Of a DNA stretch of 64,000 nucleotides, positions 61,780 to 64,000 are shown piece by piece (position 1 is the first letter of the stretch; each line of letters starts with the position of its first letter). A model generated the notes under the pieces. The model worked only from the letters and a program-made list of their open reading frames with translations. It had not been told where the DNA came from and made no database searches. Location: the NCBI GenBank assembly GCA_038889075.1, contig JAWAHS010000002.1, positions 204,930 through 268,929 on the forward strand, written 5' to 3'. Both the position numbers and the translations under genes were made by a program. The DNA is from Ignisphaera sp. GTDB lineage: Archaea; Thermoproteota; Thermoprotei_A; Sulfolobales; Ignisphaeraceae.

Positions 61780-63798
61780 ATGGTAAATACGAAAATAGTA
61801 GCGATAGCCATAGCTATAATAGCTATACTAGGCATAGTGTACTACACGTTAGCTGGATTCCAAAAACCATCTCCACAAACACCTACACCCTATCCATCGC
61901 AATCACAAACTCCTACACATTCGCCTACTCCTAGCCCAACACCTACAACCCAAGTACCTGGAATTCCACAGGCAAGCAAATACATAGTTATAGCATACAG
62001 AGATCCGCAACCTATCGATAGAGAACAGCTAGTTCCCTATTCTAACATAAATCCTGGATTCCTTAGAGATCCCGTAATGGATGTCCTCATTAAGGCAGGA
62101 AGGATAACCACTGATGCAGAAATTAGGAGGATCATATACAATGCTATTCAAAAACTTTCAAATGATAGACTATCACTTATATGGCTCGCACAGGCAAGGG
62201 AGGTTAGAGTATACTGGAATTGGATAAAGAATATATACTTCCATCCAACTTTTGTATATCGGGTTGATGACCTGTATAAAGAATCCTATGCACCGAATCC
62301 AAATAAGCTTGTTATTGGAGAATCTGAGGAGGGACACAGCTTAGATCCTGCGGTTACCTACTGGGGCTTTGACTGGTTTATAATACATCAGATATATGAG
62401 AGGCTGGTAGCGTATGAAAGAGATAATGTAGAGTACGTCTCACCTAGTTTAGCAGTTGCCTGGGCACATAATGAAGAGAGTGATGAGTGGTACTTTGTGA
62501 TAAGAGGAGATGTAGTATTCTATGATCCATGGGAAAATAGAACCATACCACTTACACCAAATGATGTGGTCTATTCATTTAGACGTGTTGCTACAATGCA
62601 TCTGGATCCATCGTGGCTCATAGAAGAGTTCATAAATGTGAATGAGACTACGGTTTTAAGTGAGGAAGAGTTTAGAACTATTCTAGCAAATGGCTTATAT
62701 ACTGAATTCAAGGGAGCAAGCAAAAAAGTTTCTTCATTAGAAGAGCTACTCTCATTCTTTGGATATAGTGGTAATGTAGCTGGATTTGTAAAGGTAAAGC
62801 TGAACTTTCCATATGCACCAATTCTATCTGTGCTAGCGACTATACCGGCAAGCATTGTTAGTACGGAAGTTGTTGAAGCTCACGGAGGCGTTAGACCAGG
62901 TGAGGAAAATCCGTATCTATATGACCATCCAGTTGGTACAGGACCCTACTACTTGGTTGAATGGGCACATAGGCAGTACTATAGGCTGAAAGCCAACCCA
63001 TATTACTGGAAGGGTAGGCCGGCTATAGAGGAAATTGAGCTAAGACTTGTACCCGAAGATTCAACAAGAATTATGATGCTGAAGAAGGGTGATATAGATA
63101 TCGCACTAGTACCGCCATCGCTTGTAGATCAGGTTAGAGATGTTACGCTAGATAGTAGCAAACTTATAGTCGATGTTGCACCATCATTTTGGATTTACCA
63201 TGCTACTCTTAACTGTGAGAGGCATCCATTCAATAATACACTATTTAGAAAGGCGCTGGCATGGGCAATACCATATGATATAATAATATCGACAGCATTT
63301 AATGGTCTTGCGGATCAGGCTTATGGAGTTATACCTCGTGGAATGTTTGGCTTCCAAGACGATGAAGTAACTAGATACACATACAATGAAGATGTAGCTA
63401 GAAAATTGTTAAAGGAGTCCGGTATTGATCCAAAGTCTGTTAGCATAACAATCATAGTTCCACAGGGGTATAGTGAGCAGGAGCAGATTGCTACGATACT
63501 ACAATCATCCTGGAGTAAGGCACTAGGCATTGATGTAAAGGTCCAAGTACTATCAAGGCCTGTATTTAATGAGAAGCTTATGAGTGGCGATTTTGATGTT
63601 CAAGTACTTGCATGGGGACCCGACTACGTGGATCCTGATGACTATGCAGGACCTTTGCAAGCAGGAGGATATACATTTGCAGATGTAACACTACATGTTA
63701 TAACATCGGCCAGCGACATCTCTAAGTACGTAGATACTAGTGACATTACTGTGGTTACCTATAGGGATATAGCCATAGTTATTAGTAAGGCAAAGTAG
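61780..63798 (+). CDS. oppA: Family-5 (OppA/DppA-like) ABC solute-binding protein, circularly permuted
   Basis: N-terminal TM anchor, Pro/Thr/Ser linker, SLDPA..IYERL, GTGPY, NPYYW, RKALAWAI, WGPDYVDPD; GAGGTG RBS upstream. Confidence 0.9.
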   Translation: MVNTKIVAIAIAIIAILGIVYYTLAGFQKPSPQTPTPYPSQSQTPTHSPTPSPTPTTQVPGIPQASKYIVIAYRDPQPIDREQLVPYSNINPGFLRDPVMDVLIKAGRITTDAEIRRIIYNAIQKLSNDRLSLIWLAQAREVRVYWNWIKNIYFHPTFVYRVDDLYKESYAPNPNKLVIGESEEGHSLDPAVTYWGFDWFIIHQIYERLVAYERDNVEYVSPSLAVAWAHNEESDEWYFVIRGDVVFYDPWENRTIPLTPNDVVYSFRRVATMHLDPSWLIEEFINVNETTVLSEEEFRTILANGLYTEFKGASKKVSSLEELLSFFGYSGNVAGFVKVKLNFPYAPILSVLATIPASIVSTEVVEAHGGVRPGEENPYLYDHPVGTGPYYLVEWAHRQYYRLKANPYYWKGRPAIEEIELRLVPEDSTRIMMLKKGDIDIALVPPSLVDQVRDVTLDSSKLIVDVAPSFWIYHATLNCERHPFNNTLFRKALAWAIPYDIIISTAFNGLADQAYGVIPRGMFGFQDDEVTRYTYNEDVARKLLKESGIDPKSVSITIIVPQGYSEQEQIATILQSSWSKALGIDVKVQVLSRPVFNEKLMSGDFDVQVLAWGPDYVDPDDYAGPLQAGGYTFADVTLHVITSASDISKYVDTSDITVVTYRDIAIVISKAK

Positions 63799-63834
63799 TA
63801 AAGAATATATATTTTTTATTTCGGTTGATGATTG

Positions 63835-64000
63835 ATGGGGGATATAAAGAGATATATTATTAGAAGAGCATTATCATTTCTACCTACAATCTTAGGTGTA
63901 TTGATACTTACATTTATAATCAGCCATGTTATTCCTGCAGATCCTGTTCGGGTTTGGGCAGGTGGATACAAAGCACGACCTGAAATCATTGAGGAGATTA
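63835..64000 (+). CDS. oppB: Opp/Dpp ABC permease (3'-truncated by window edge)
   Basis: MGDIKRYIIRRALSFLPTILGVLILTFIISHVIPADPV, a typical OppB/DppB N-terminus; not in the ORF track. Confidence 0.88.
   Translation, partial: MGDIKRYIIRRALSFLPTILGVLILTFIISHVIPADPVRVWAGGYKARPEIIEEI

Noticed and set aside
61860-61960. Low-complexity repeat-like DNA
   Set aside because: It encodes the Pro/Thr/Ser linker of the binding protein.
1-64000. CRISPR arrays, tRNA/rRNA genes, and the many short antisense ORFs in the track
   Set aside because: No regularly spaced repeats or tRNA/rRNA signatures seen by eye; the antisense ORFs are shadows of well-supported genes.

Overview
AT-rich archaeal chromosomal segment. 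It carries tbp, xpd, nurA-herA, a His-type thi4, TATA-box promoters and GGTGA/GAGG ribosome-binding sites. The gene set suggests a saccharolytic Desulfurococcales member, Ignisphaera-like (inference). About 50 housekeeping, transport and sugar-metabolism genes; no rRNA, tRNA or CRISPR array seen. Most notable: (1) a 281-bp TnpB-derived miniature element inserted between the RBS and start codon of the fumarase beta gene, next to a decayed malic enzyme; (2) a dispersed repeat family with the same GAAC end motif followed by a conserved ~18-nt sequence; (3) a circularly permuted family-5 ABC solute-binding protein; (4) a tbp gene whose conserved N-terminus has no in-frame ATG/GTG/TTG; (5) a wHTH-solute-binding-domain regulator facing a Na+/solute symporter across a palindromic operator; (6) a CitG plus nucleotidyltransferase pair with no citrate lyase nearby; (7) twin DtxR-type operators around a bidirectional TATA box. 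All family calls come from recognising motifs by eye; no searches were run.
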